Source of the DNA: Candidatus Fermentibacteraceae bacterium
GTDB lineage: Bacteria > Fermentibacterota > Fermentibacteria > Fermentibacterales > JCC-6
Assembly (NCBI GenBank): GCA_041750285.1
Contig: JBGSZS010000008.1
Location: 32,001 to 96,000, forward strand
Direction of reading: 5' to 3'
DNA: 64,000 nt
Shown here: piece after piece, positions 47,668 through 56,347 of the stretch
Numbering within the stretch: the first letter of the stretch is position 1
Layout of the letters: each line of letters starts with the position of its first letter
Program-made: the position numbers and the translations under genes
The notes under the pieces: generated by a model
What the model was told of the DNA's origin: nothing
The model's database searches: none
The model's input: the letters and a program-made list of their open reading frames with translations, nothing else

Positions 47668-48786
47668 ATGAAACGAAGTCTTCTGATCACTGCCGCCATG
47701 GCGACGATCCTCGCCATCGGCGGGTGCGGCAAACCCGCCGTGGAACTCACTGCCCCTGCCGAAGCAAACGCGGGGTCCGAGATCACCCTTACCTGGACAG
47801 GAACGGTTGCCGAAGGCGACATGATCGTGCTTCGCGCCGTGGGGGAAACCGATGGCCTTGAAATCGAAGCCGTAGCCAACTCGGCCACCCTCACGCTTCC
47901 CCTCGAAGACGGCGCCTACGAGATCGTCTACATGAACGCGGAAGACAAGGTGATTGCCACCGGCAACATCACCGTCACCCCGAACACCTACACCCTCGAC
48001 TTCCCTGAAGAGGTCATGGCGGGTCAGTGGTTCGAAGTGGAGTGGACCGGACCCGACAACAGCACCGACTACATCACGATAGTCCCCGAAGGCGCCCCCG
48101 AAGGCGACTGGGAGAGCTACTCCTACACCGAAAGCGGCAGTCCGGTCGTACTTCAGGCCCCCCTCGAGGCCGGTGTATACGAGATCCGCTACTCCACCGA
48201 GCAGGTCTACCCCAACCCCACGCTCTACTCGATGACGGTAACGGTCATTTCCTCGGATTACGCCGTCATGGCCCCGGCTGACGCAATGGCGGGAAGCGTC
48301 TTCGAAGTGAGTTGGATCGGCCCGGACAATCCGGGTGACTACATTACAATAGTCCCGGTTGACACTCCCGAGGGCGAGTGGGCCGGCTACGCCTACACCT
48401 CGACCGGCAACCCCTGCCTTCTCACCGCACCCGTTGAAGCCGGCGTCTACGAGGTCCGCTACTCGAGCGAACAGACCATTCCCAACCCCACGCTTGCGTA
48501 CACCGTCATCGCGGTCATCCCTGTCGAGGTAACGCTTACCGCCCCCGAGACGGTAACCGCAGGTGAGGACTTCCTCGTGCAGTGGACAGGTCCCGACGGC
48601 GATCTGGACTATATCACTATCGTCCCCGCCGGCTCACCCGAGGGCTCCTATGAGAGCTACGCCTACACATCAGCCGGCAGCCCGGTTTCACTCAACGCCC
48701 CCTCCGAGCCGGGAGCCTACGAGATTTGGTACGCCTCCGACCGTGTCGAGGGTACTTTCGCAAGCATCCCCATCACAGTGGAGTAA
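47668..48786 (+). CDS. Lipoprotein with four tandem ~90-aa Ig-like repeats
   Basis: Lipobox IGGC; repeat consensus AG..F.V.WTGP....DYITIVP...PEG....Y.YT..G.P..L.AP.E.G.YEI.Y. Confidence 0.85.
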   Translation: MKRSLLITAAMATILAIGGCGKPAVELTAPAEANAGSEITLTWTGTVAEGDMIVLRAVGETDGLEIEAVANSATLTLPLEDGAYEIVYMNAEDKVIATGNITVTPNTYTLDFPEEVMAGQWFEVEWTGPDNSTDYITIVPEGAPEGDWESYSYTESGSPVVLQAPLEAGVYEIRYSTEQVYPNPTLYSMTVTVISSDYAVMAPADAMAGSVFEVSWIGPDNPGDYITIVPVDTPEGEWAGYAYTSTGNPCLLTAPVEAGVYEVRYSSEQTIPNPTLAYTVIAVIPVEVTLTAPETVTAGEDFLVQWTGPDGDLDYITIVPAGSPEGSYESYAYTSAGSPVSLNAPSEPGAYEIWYASDRVEGTFASIPITVE

Positions 48787-48805
48787 ATCCGGAAGACCTT
48801 ACGGG

Positions 48806-48836
48806 AACCCCGGCGGGCAACCGCCGGGGTTTTCTT
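48806..48836 (+). terminator. Rho-independent terminator
   Basis: AACCCCGGCGG-GCAA-CCGCCGGGGTT-TTCTT. Confidence 0.85.
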
Positions 48837-48902
48837 ACATACGTCATTACCTTTGGCGATACACCGGAACCAGGGAAACTGTCCGGTGTTAAATCCCCTG
48901 TC

Positions 48903-49397
48903 CTAAACGCCCTGCCTGAACTCCTCGGGAAGGAAGGTGACGCCGGAAAGGCGCTCGATCTCAAGGGCCATCTCCACCGAGTTGTCGAGCATCTGGGCGG
49001 GCACCATCATTCCAAGTTTCCTGCCCTTGACCTTGAAGTACAGGGGGCCCTTCAGTCCCGTCGTCTTTGCCTTCACCGCGGAAGCAGCCGCAAGACCCAC
49101 CAGTCCCCCTCCGAACTCGGCTCCGGACATGCTGGAGAGCGTTATGGACTCGACATCCTCCCAGCGGGCCGCAATGGTGGTGAGATATCTGTACGCGAAT
49201 CCCTCTCCGGTGATTCCCAGGCCTGCCTTGCGGGACTGGACGATGATCCAGATCCCAAGGGGTATTGTGATTATCAGCAGGCAGCACAGAACACCGGCAA
49301 AAGTCTGCATGCCGCGCCATCCGCCCTTCATCGGGTAGAACCTGCCGTTCTCCTCCGCCGAGGCCATGAGCGCTTTCTTGTCAATCGGTTCGGGCAT
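48903..49397 (-). CDS. Hypothetical membrane protein
   Basis: GGAGGA RBS, TM segment LCCLLIITIPLGIWII. Confidence 0.65.
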   Translation of the reverse strand: MPEPIDKKALMASAEENGRFYPMKGGWRGMQTFAGVLCCLLIITIPLGIWIIVQSRKAGLGITGEGFAYRYLTTIAARWEDVESITLSSMSGAEFGGGLVGLAAASAVKAKTTGLKGPLYFKVKGRKLGMMVPAQMLDNSVEMALEIERLSGVTFLPEEFRQGV

Positions 49398-49499
49398 TGC
49401 TCCTCCATTCGTTGCCTGGTCCGTATCCATCCCTGCGGAAACCAACGGAAGATAATGTGAAAGCCCGGTACAGCGAAGTGCTTCACCGGCCTGTGAACG

Positions 49500-50033
49500 C
49501 TACCTTATGAAGTCAAGCTTCAGGCCGATGTAAAGTATTCCGTGAAGGGAGGATGACTCCATACCGCCGCTCAGGGAAAGAAGCCTGATGCCGACTCCGG
49601 CGTACGGTTCAGCGTCGAGTGGAATGCCTGAACTGACCGGTATCCTCCATCCCATCTTCACGCCCGCCGTGACGGCTTCGGAAGCTTTTTCGTCCACTCT
49701 CCAAAGGATCCCGACCCCTGCGTACGCCCCCAGGAAAGGACCCGACAGCGGTCGTCGCAACGACCTTCTGAGCTCTCCGCCCAACTCGAGCCCAAGGCCC
49801 GGCCCGTTAAGGTCTTCCGGGCTCCATACGTAGACGAACGTCGGTCCTCCGTAGAGAATCCAGCTCTGCAGGGAATCACCGCTCAAGCCGCCCTCAACAT
49901 GTACGGTTGCTTCCACGGTCTGAAGCAGGCTGCATCCGTCGTCAATGTAATCGGGGTCCGGGGTGGGGTCAGCGTAAACTGCCCCCACCATGAACAGAGT
50001 GATGGCCCAATACGAACGCACCCGGCCTGTCAT
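49500..50033 (-). CDS. Exported protein, probable small beta-barrel
   Basis: Signal peptide; alternating Gly/aromatic beta-strands (GPFLGAYAG, GVKMGWR, EPYAGVG). Confidence 0.55.
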   Translation of the reverse strand: MTGRVRSYWAITLFMVGAVYADPTPDPDYIDDGCSLLQTVEATVHVEGGLSGDSLQSWILYGGPTFVYVWSPEDLNGPGLGLELGGELRRSLRRPLSGPFLGAYAGVGILWRVDEKASEAVTAGVKMGWRIPVSSGIPLDAEPYAGVGIRLLSLSGGMESSSLHGILYIGLKLDFIR

Positions 50034-50063
50034 CGAACAACACTTTCCAACAAGGCCCGCTCC

Positions 50064-52505
50064 TCAGTTTCCGAGAACCACCAGCCTTGTCACGGCGGTC
50101 ATCCCTCCACTGCGGGCAACAACGGGGTAGACGCCTGCGGGAAGGCGGTTGCCCGAGAAGTCGGTGAGGCTGAACGGGATGTTCAGATCTCCCGTAGGGG
50201 CGTTACCGTTGTACACCGTTCCCACCATTCGGCCCGAGATGTCGTAAACCTCCACAGTGAGCATTCCCGACACAGGCAGTGAGCACCTGAAGGTCGTGGA
50301 GGTCACCGCGGGGTTGCATCCTGCGAACCCGATACCGAATGCCTCCGCCGGCTCTCCCGATTCGACCGAATACGCCCCGATAGCCCATACCTCAACATCA
50401 TCAAGGTTCCATCCGCAGTATTCCCACTGCGAATCGGACGGACCCATGACCCACCTTACCCAGACCTGGGGCTGGCCGTCGGCGTACTGGGAGATGTCAT
50501 AGACCATGAGGTTCCAGTCGAGGTCATCGGTTTCCACGGAGCCGTTCTCCCAGACGGTGTGCCAGGTGGACTGGTCGGTTGAGACCTGCACCAGGGCGTG
50601 GTCGCCCGAGCCGTCCTGAACCCCGAGCCATCTTCTATAGCGGAGCTGGGTCCCGGTGAGACCCGAGCAGTCAAGTGCGTCAGTGGTGAGATTTTCCGCC
50701 TGCATCCCGGGCTCGTAATCCCCCCACAGGTTGTAGCCGTAAACGTTCTGGCCGGTGTAGCCGCCTGAGGGGTCGTGGTTGCCGTGGGCGCCGCCGAAGC
50801 CCTGCGGGATTCCCCACTGCCAGTCGCCCTGGGCGGTCCAGCCCGGGTTTGAATCCATGTTCCAGCCGTAGACGACACCGGTCTCCCCGACGACCAGGAC
50901 CACACGGGATGTCCCGCCGCCTGTTCCGCCACTGGTGTTCACGAATGACACATCGGCCGTGTAGACTCCCTGGGAGAGCGACAGTGCTTCACTGGAAAGG
51001 GCAGCCGTGATCTGAATGCTCTGCCCCGGCGTGATGGTGCCCGAGAGGGGGCCGAGAAGCGTGAGCCAGGAGGCGGATTCGGCAGAAACCTGGTACTGGG
51101 CTGATCCGTCACCCATGAACTGAAGAACCCATACATTGCCTGACGGTGTGAAAGGTCCCCCCTCGACGCCCTGGAAGACCGCGTCGTCTCCGGGGGTAAC
51201 CCTCAGGCCGGCTTTGAAACCGAGCATCTTCACACAGAAGTTGCCCGTTTCGGGGTAGGGATTGTCGGGACAACCGTAGAAGTCCTGCCATGAACCATCG
51301 TAGTAGTAGCTCTCCCCCGCAGACGCGGCGGACTCGACGATGACCCTGGCGGAGGATCCCAGGAGTACCGGGACATCGGCAGTCCTGTCGTAGGGATAGC
51401 CACCCCTGCTGAACTCCATCTCGAGGTAGACGCTGTCGCCCTGAAGCACCTGAAAGGGCTGGTCGAGCTGAACCGTGTGAAAACCCCTGACCTGGCAGTA
51501 CGCGTCCTGGCTGCTTAACAGGTCCTGCAGCGTTCCGCCGGCAAAACTGCCGTAAAGCGACGCGTCGCACCCCACCGAATCATCTGCCGTGAAGAACGAA
51601 ACGGCTGTGATGTAATGACTGCCGGTGGCCTCGAAGGCGTTCATCACCCTCGTGGCGCCCTCGAACGTGTCGCGCCAGCCGTGATAGTCGTGGTAATAGA
51701 ACTGCTCGTACTCCATGCGTTCGGCGTTGGTGAACGACACCGCTCCCATGAAGGGCTCGCGTCCGCACCACTTGTCCCAGTAGCTGATGTAGAAGAAGCC
51801 GTCGAAACCCCATCCCTCGCCCCAGCTGTTCTTGCAGATCCAGGCGCCGGGTTCGGGAGCCTGGGTGATCATGTTGTCGTCCCAGCCGATGATGGCGACC
51901 GAATGGTTGGGAAGCTCGTCTTCGTAGGGGGGCTGGTAGTGGATGTAGTTCTGCATGTAACTGGAGCTTGCGTAGTAGCAGGTGGCAAGCGCACCGTGCT
52001 GCATGAGGGCCGACTTTATCCCGTTGAGTGATTCGAGGTCGTCACCGCCGACGTACCACTCCACGTCAGCCGGGTAGTAGTAGTGGTAGTCCGGCGAGTT
52101 GAGACGGGGCGCCGTTCCGAACGACTGCCCGTCGATGTCCCGCACCGTGCCGCTCCCACGGGAGAGGTACGCCGTGGTCACCAGGTAGTCGCCGCCCTCG
52201 TGCACGGAAAGCCCGCCGCTTCCAATGGGCGGGTCCATGTCGTAGTTGTGCCAGTTGTTGAAGCCGTTCCACCAGTCGAGGTGGTATTCGGCGAGGTTTG
52301 GTTCGCCAGCCTCACCCTGGTTCTCCCACTCACCAGTGAGAAGCATGTTCGACTCGATGGAGGCCATCGTGCCGTGCGTCCAGCATGTCCCCCCCTGCTG
52401 GCTCTTCACCGAGGTCACGTAGCTCTGCCCTCCCACGTCCCTGAGGTCGAAGGTGGAAGGGTACTGAAGCTCAAGCACTGCAAGCAGACAAACCGCGATG
52501 AACAT
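50064..52505 (-). CDS. Secreted papain-family (C1) cysteine peptidase with lectin-like and beta-sandwich domains and T9SS-like C-terminal domain
   Basis: PSTFDLR...VKSQ..GTCW, NHSVAIIGWDD, KNSWG; C-terminal NPA...VYDISGRMV...LPAGVY. Confidence 0.9.
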   Translation of the reverse strand: MFIAVCLLAVLELQYPSTFDLRDVGGQSYVTSVKSQQGGTCWTHGTMASIESNMLLTGEWENQGEAGEPNLAEYHLDWWNGFNNWHNYDMDPPIGSGGLSVHEGGDYLVTTAYLSRGSGTVRDIDGQSFGTAPRLNSPDYHYYYPADVEWYVGGDDLESLNGIKSALMQHGALATCYYASSSYMQNYIHYQPPYEDELPNHSVAIIGWDDNMITQAPEPGAWICKNSWGEGWGFDGFFYISYWDKWCGREPFMGAVSFTNAERMEYEQFYYHDYHGWRDTFEGATRVMNAFEATGSHYITAVSFFTADDSVGCDASLYGSFAGGTLQDLLSSQDAYCQVRGFHTVQLDQPFQVLQGDSVYLEMEFSRGGYPYDRTADVPVLLGSSARVIVESAASAGESYYYDGSWQDFYGCPDNPYPETGNFCVKMLGFKAGLRVTPGDDAVFQGVEGGPFTPSGNVWVLQFMGDGSAQYQVSAESASWLTLLGPLSGTITPGQSIQITAALSSEALSLSQGVYTADVSFVNTSGGTGGGTSRVVLVVGETGVVYGWNMDSNPGWTAQGDWQWGIPQGFGGAHGNHDPSGGYTGQNVYGYNLWGDYEPGMQAENLTTDALDCSGLTGTQLRYRRWLGVQDGSGDHALVQVSTDQSTWHTVWENGSVETDDLDWNLMVYDISQYADGQPQVWVRWVMGPSDSQWEYCGWNLDDVEVWAIGAYSVESGEPAEAFGIGFAGCNPAVTSTTFRCSLPVSGMLTVEVYDISGRMVGTVYNGNAPTGDLNIPFSLTDFSGNRLPAGVYPVVARSGGMTAVTRLVVLGN

Positions 52506-52624
52506 TGTTGCCTCCGTTTATGATGAACCGGGAAAACCTTTCCCCAACAATACAGAAAACATGGGACCACGACCCCCCATGCCCGGGTGATCGGAATCTG
52601 CACTGAAACACGTCACTGAAAAGA

Positions 52625-52710
52625 TATACTCTGTCGGGCACGATGTTCTGGAATGGAAACAGGCGGTCAGTTCAGTCAAATGAATGCAGGTTCGAATCCT
52701 GTTCGGCGTA
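52625..52710 (+). ncRNA. Degenerate tRNA-like element with upstream -10 box
   Basis: T-arm GCAGG-TTCGAAT-CCTGT at 52686-52702 and D-arm-like CTGG-AATGGAA-ACAG; acceptor and anticodon stems poorly paired; TATACT at 52625. Confidence 0.4.
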
Positions 52711-52835
52711 CTATTCTGGCAGCTGCCGTCCCGGTTCCCCCGCCACTTCTCTCTGCCCGCATATAACACAATTGTAGTCTGTCAGGTGGATATCAATTAA
52801 GTTTGCCGAACAGCGGGAGACACAGGAGGACCCTG

Positions 52836-53270
52836 ATGCGTTTTGCGGCTTTCATTCTTTTCGTTGTGGTCACTTCGGTCATGGCTTCCTACAGCCGGTT
52901 CCCGGAAGACCCACCGGGCGTTGACATCATCGACAGGGCATTCTTCAAGGGAATTGTTGATGGAGAGGAATACGTCGTTTACCTGGTCATGTACGATCAG
53001 GACAACCGGGGTACTCTGGATGTGGTAAGCGGAACCCTGTCTTCGGGGAGTTACCTCTGGGAGACCGTTTTTTCCTGGAAACCTCTCGACACCCTTTCAG
53101 AACCTGTCCGTTTCGATCCCCGAAGTGTGATAGACATGCAGGTTTCCGGTTCCTCTTTGATCATCACTTGGCTGGACAGACTCAGCAGTACTTATGTTGA
53201 GGGAGCAGCCTCCCAGTATCTTGAATACGATCTTCCAAGCGGGAGTGCTGCAGAGTTCTGGAGTGATTGA
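52836..53270 (+). CDS. Hypothetical exported protein
   Basis: AGGAGG RBS, signal peptide MRFAAFILFVVVTSVMA. Confidence 0.7.
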   Translation: MRFAAFILFVVVTSVMASYSRFPEDPPGVDIIDRAFFKGIVDGEEYVVYLVMYDQDNRGTLDVVSGTLSSGSYLWETVFSWKPLDTLSEPVRFDPRSVIDMQVSGSSLIITWLDRLSSTYVEGAASQYLEYDLPSGSAAEFWSD

Positions 53271-53392
53271 GGGAGCTCGCAAAACTCACGAAAATGGTTC
53301 TGCGTTTGGTTCTCATATCAAACCCAATGGTAACTCATTCACAAATTGCTGCAGCTTGGCCCGGTACGCTTGGCGGCATCTTCTGCGGTACT

Positions 53393-53402
53393 TGATTGCC
53401 CG
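53393..53402 (+). repeat. Direct repeat copy 1 (TGATTGCCCG)
   Basis: Identical to 54640-54649. Confidence 0.6.
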
Positions 53403-53413
53403 TAAGCTAAACG

Positions 53414-53442
53414 TTGCAAAATGCAATGTTACGTGTTATTGT
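53414..53442 (+). promoter_or_regulatory. TA promoter with overlapping palindromic operator
   Basis: TTGCAA-N17-TATTGT; palindrome TTGCA-AAA-TGCAA at 53414-53426. Confidence 0.7.
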
Positions 53443-53464
53443 AGCAACACAGAGGAGGAACACA

Positions 53465-53683
53465 GTGGCGACTGCAGTTCGAGTTTCCGACACGCTTCTC
53501 AGAGAAGCCAGACTGGTCAGTTCCGTTGAGAACAGGTCCGTTACAGGCCAGATCGAGTATTGGGCAAAGATGGGAAAGTGTGCCGAGGAGAACCCTGATC
53601 TATCTTTCAGTCTGATCAAGGACATTCTGCTGGGCCTTGAAGAGCTTGAGCAGGATGAAGCTTCCGAGTACAGGTTCGGCTGA
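53465..53683 (+). CDS. ParD-like (RHH) antitoxin
   Basis: AVRVSD.L..EA...S....RSV.GQIEYWAKMGK.AEENPDL; GAGGAGG RBS. Confidence 0.88.
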   Translation: MATAVRVSDTLLREARLVSSVENRSVTGQIEYWAKMGKCAEENPDLSFSLIKDILLGLEELEQDEASEYRFG

Positions 53684-53688
53684 CTGAA

Positions 53689-53976
53689 GTGAGGGTGATC
53701 CAGTCAAGGCTCTTTGCACAGAGAGTCAGGAGGTTCCCCGCACAGGAGAAAACCGTTCTGGATGCGGAAATCCGGAAGATCATCGCTGATCCGGCGATCG
53801 GGCAGGAGAAGAGGGGAACGCTGAAGGATGTCCGTGTGCACAAGTTCAAGATCCGCAGCACTCTGTATCTCCTTGCTTATCGCTTTACGGATCCCATGAC
53901 CCTGGAGTTGATCATGATCGGTCCCCACGATAACTACTACAGAGACTTGGACAGCCATCTGCGTAATCAAGGTTGA
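53689..53976 (+). CDS. Type II toxin, RelE/ParE superfamily (ParE-like)
   Basis: P.IG.EK.G.L..VRVHKF...YLLAY...GPHDNYYRDL; follows the antitoxin. Confidence 0.88.
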   Translation: MRVIQSRLFAQRVRRFPAQEKTVLDAEIRKIIADPAIGQEKRGTLKDVRVHKFKIRSTLYLLAYRFTDPMTLELIMIGPHDNYYRDLDSHLRNQG

Positions 53977-54039
53977 TGGCAACCCTTCCCGGCAGTTCGA
54001 AGAGACCTGTAAACAGGGCGTCATAAGTTCAATGCAGCG

Positions 54040-54070
54040 TTGACGTGACCATTTTACGAGTCTATATAAT
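54040..54070 (+). promoter_or_regulatory. Putative promoter of the second TA pair
   Basis: TTGACG-N19-TATAAT. Confidence 0.55.
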
Positions 54071-54101
54071 GACCTGATTAAAGAACCATATGGAGGTCGA
54101 T

Positions 54102-54353
54102 ATGGATTACATTCTATCAGGTTGTTCGGCAAGCATCTCCGATTTAAAAAAGAACCCGACTGCACTGCTGAAAGAAGCCGATGGCGAGGCCATAACCATT
54201 CTCAATCACAACGTTCCCACGGCGTACCTTGTTCCGGCAGAGACATACAATCTTCTATTGAACCGTCTTGAAGATGCGGAACTTGCCCAGATGGTGGCGG
54301 ACAGGTCCGGTGAAAGAAGCTGTGCTGTCGAAGTAGACGTTGACAGTGTATAA
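54102..54353 (+). CDS. Phd/YefM-family antitoxin (StbD/YafN-like)
   Basis: SASISDLKKNP...ILNHN.P.AYLVPA..Y..L...LED.EL. Confidence 0.9.
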   Translation: MDYILSGCSASISDLKKNPTALLKEADGEAITILNHNVPTAYLVPAETYNLLLNRLEDAELAQMVADRSGERSCAVEVDVDSV

Positions 54354-54636
54354 GCTCCTGTTCCTTCCAACTGCTCTCAAGGAGTGGCGAAAACTTGCTG
54401 ATCCCATCCGTGAACAGCTTCGGAGAAAACTCAAGGAGAGGCTTGAGTGTCCTAGGGTTCAGGCAAGTATTCTCTACGGCTTCAAGGATGTATACAAGAT
54501 CAAGCTCCGTTCCTCGGGTTACAGGCTGGTCTACGAGGTGAATGACACGAGCATTACGGTGCTTGTCATTGCCGTCGGCAAGCGTGAAAAGGGAAGGGTC
54601 TACTCCCGAACCGAACAAAGGCTGACCAATTCCTGA
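54340..54636 (+). CDS. RelE/StbE-family toxin
   Basis: Y.L.F...ALKEW.KL, YKIKLRSSGYRLVYEV.D....VLVIAVGKRE. Confidence 0.92.
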   Translation: MTVYKLLFLPTALKEWRKLADPIREQLRRKLKERLECPRVQASILYGFKDVYKIKLRSSGYRLVYEVNDTSITVLVIAVGKREKGRVYSRTEQRLTNS

Positions 54637-54639
54637 TTC

Positions 54640-54649
54640 TGATTGCCCG
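54640..54649 (+). repeat. Direct repeat copy 2 (TGATTGCCCG)
   Basis: Identical to 53393-53402. Confidence 0.6.
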
Positions 54650-54744
54650 ATGCTGTAACCGACTTTGCGCTTTTGTTTCACGCTGTTCCAAACCATTGAG
54701 ATACTGAAGCAGGCCGGCACAGGATAAAAGGGATGGATTGTTTC

Positions 54745-55119
54745 ATGTCCACTCACACTCAAGCATCAATCGTACGCAAGTTTCGGGTGGGCCGGTTTCT
54801 CTGGATTCTGGCGGGAAGCATCAACTTCATCCTCGGCGTTGCCGTTCTGATCGTATGCGGTCGCGGCTTGTGGGGTTTTCGGGTCCCGGCGGATTTCCTT
54901 TTCGCTGCCGTTGCGCCGGTCGGGCTGCTCAACATTGTCCTTTCCGCGTTGAATGCGAGGTTCCGGGTGCCCGCCCTGCTTCTGAACGCTCTTTGCGGCA
55001 TCACCCTGGGAATGTTCGCAGCCTATCAGTTTGAGTCGTTCTTCGCGTGGGTCTTCACAACGATTCTCTGCGTCGTGCCCTCCCTGGTTGCGGTTGCGCT
55101 GCCGGTGCAGCGGAGTTAG
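54745..55119 (+). CDS. Hypothetical four-TM membrane protein
   Basis: Four hydrophobic segments; start could be 54733 or 54745. Confidence 0.6.
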   Translation: MSTHTQASIVRKFRVGRFLWILAGSINFILGVAVLIVCGRGLWGFRVPADFLFAAVAPVGLLNIVLSALNARFRVPALLLNALCGITLGMFAAYQFESFFAWVFTTILCVVPSLVAVALPVQRS

Positions 55120-55213
55120 TGCGATATCTCGTGTCAGAAGGCGTTTTCCGAACTGAAACCTTTCTGATTTTCCTGTTATTGTTGTGCTGTAATCTCCTCC
55201 GAACGGAGCACTC

Positions 55214-56326
55214 ATGATACCGGCGCTTTATCCGCTGCTCGTTTTCCTTGCCGCTCACCTCTTTGTCCCTGGCAAGTCCATGGAAGGCACGGACGTTCCC
55301 CTCAGAAACCTCGATGACGGCCCACACGTGTACTGGAGGAACGACACCACCGCCGTGGTGTTCAGCTTCACCGGGGGCAGGCTGGTTCAGGAGACTTTCA
55401 CAGCTTCCGACACGGTGAGGTTCCAGGGCAGCCTGGATGGCACTGAGGTGTCTTTCGCCATCCCCTCCGCCGGTCCTTCTGGGGCGGTCTGCGACACAGG
55501 TGCCGTTCCCCGTTTCCTGGCGGTGAGCGACGTTCACGGAGACTTCACCCACTTCCGTGAGATCCTTCAGGCTTCCGGGGTGATGAACGAAGGCTTCGTG
55601 TGGACATGGGGAGACGGCCACCTTGTGGTGCTGGGGGATATCATGGACCGGGGCCCCGAGGTCACCGAGTGCCTCTGGCTGGTCTATCTGCTGGCGCAGC
55701 AGGCTGAACGGGCCGGTGGAGCGGTTCACTTCGTTCTGGGCAACCACGAGCTGATGGTTCTCACGGGTGACCTCCGCTACGTACACGAACGTTATCTGGA
55801 CGGTATCTGCGGTGTTACCGGAATGGACTGTGACGATCTTTTCGGGTCCGACATGGAACTGGGCCGGTGGGTGCGGTCCCGACCCGTCATTGTCAGGCTG
55901 GGCGACGTCCTGTTCGTTCACGGGGGCATCGCGCCGGGCAGCGGGGTGGACGACATGTCGCTTTCCGGGATCAACGAACTGGTATGGCACGGCCTCGAAA
56001 GCTCATCGGTGGGATACCTCCTCGATGGAGTCGAGCGTGTCTTCGGAAGCCTCGGACCGCTCTGGTTCAGGGGCTACCACTACGGCATGGAGGACATGTA
56101 CCCCGAAACCACCGCGGAAGAGATCGCAATGCTTCTCGGCCGGTACGGCGTGGAGAGGATCGTCGTGGGTCATACAGAACACGACAGCATCGCGGCGCTT
56201 TTCAGCGGGAGAGTGCTTGCCATAGACGTTCCAGTGGAGGACAGGGGCGGCCAGCAGGCGCTTATGTGGGAAGCCGGTGCCTTCTACAGGGTCAACGCCG
56301 ACGGGTCGAGGGTTCCCCTTCCCTGA
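55214..56326 (+). CDS. Exported calcineurin-like metallophosphoesterase (Shewanella-like phosphatase)
   Basis: SDVHGD, GDIMDRG, GNHE, FVHGG, GPLWFRG, VVGHT, AIDV. Confidence 0.9.
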   Translation: MIPALYPLLVFLAAHLFVPGKSMEGTDVPLRNLDDGPHVYWRNDTTAVVFSFTGGRLVQETFTASDTVRFQGSLDGTEVSFAIPSAGPSGAVCDTGAVPRFLAVSDVHGDFTHFREILQASGVMNEGFVWTWGDGHLVVLGDIMDRGPEVTECLWLVYLLAQQAERAGGAVHFVLGNHELMVLTGDLRYVHERYLDGICGVTGMDCDDLFGSDMELGRWVRSRPVIVRLGDVLFVHGGIAPGSGVDDMSLSGINELVWHGLESSSVGYLLDGVERVFGSLGPLWFRGYHYGMEDMYPETTAEEIAMLLGRYGVERIVVGHTEHDSIAALFSGRVLAIDVPVEDRGGQQALMWEAGAFYRVNADGSRVPLP

Positions 56327-56347
56327 ACGTGTTCGGGAGCATTCATT

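Noticed and set aside
52638..52745. Functional tRNA or tRNA-Sec gene (T-arm similarity, TCA triplets, downstream CCGCCA)
   Set aside because: Acceptor and anticodon stems do not pair, there is no long variable arm and the CCA is too far away; kept only as a degenerate element.
52761..52807. attC-like hairpin (AAC..AATTG...CAATT..GTT)
   Set aside because: Single copy, poor match to the RYYYAAC/GTTRRRY boxes, no similar site after the other islet genes and no integrase in the window.
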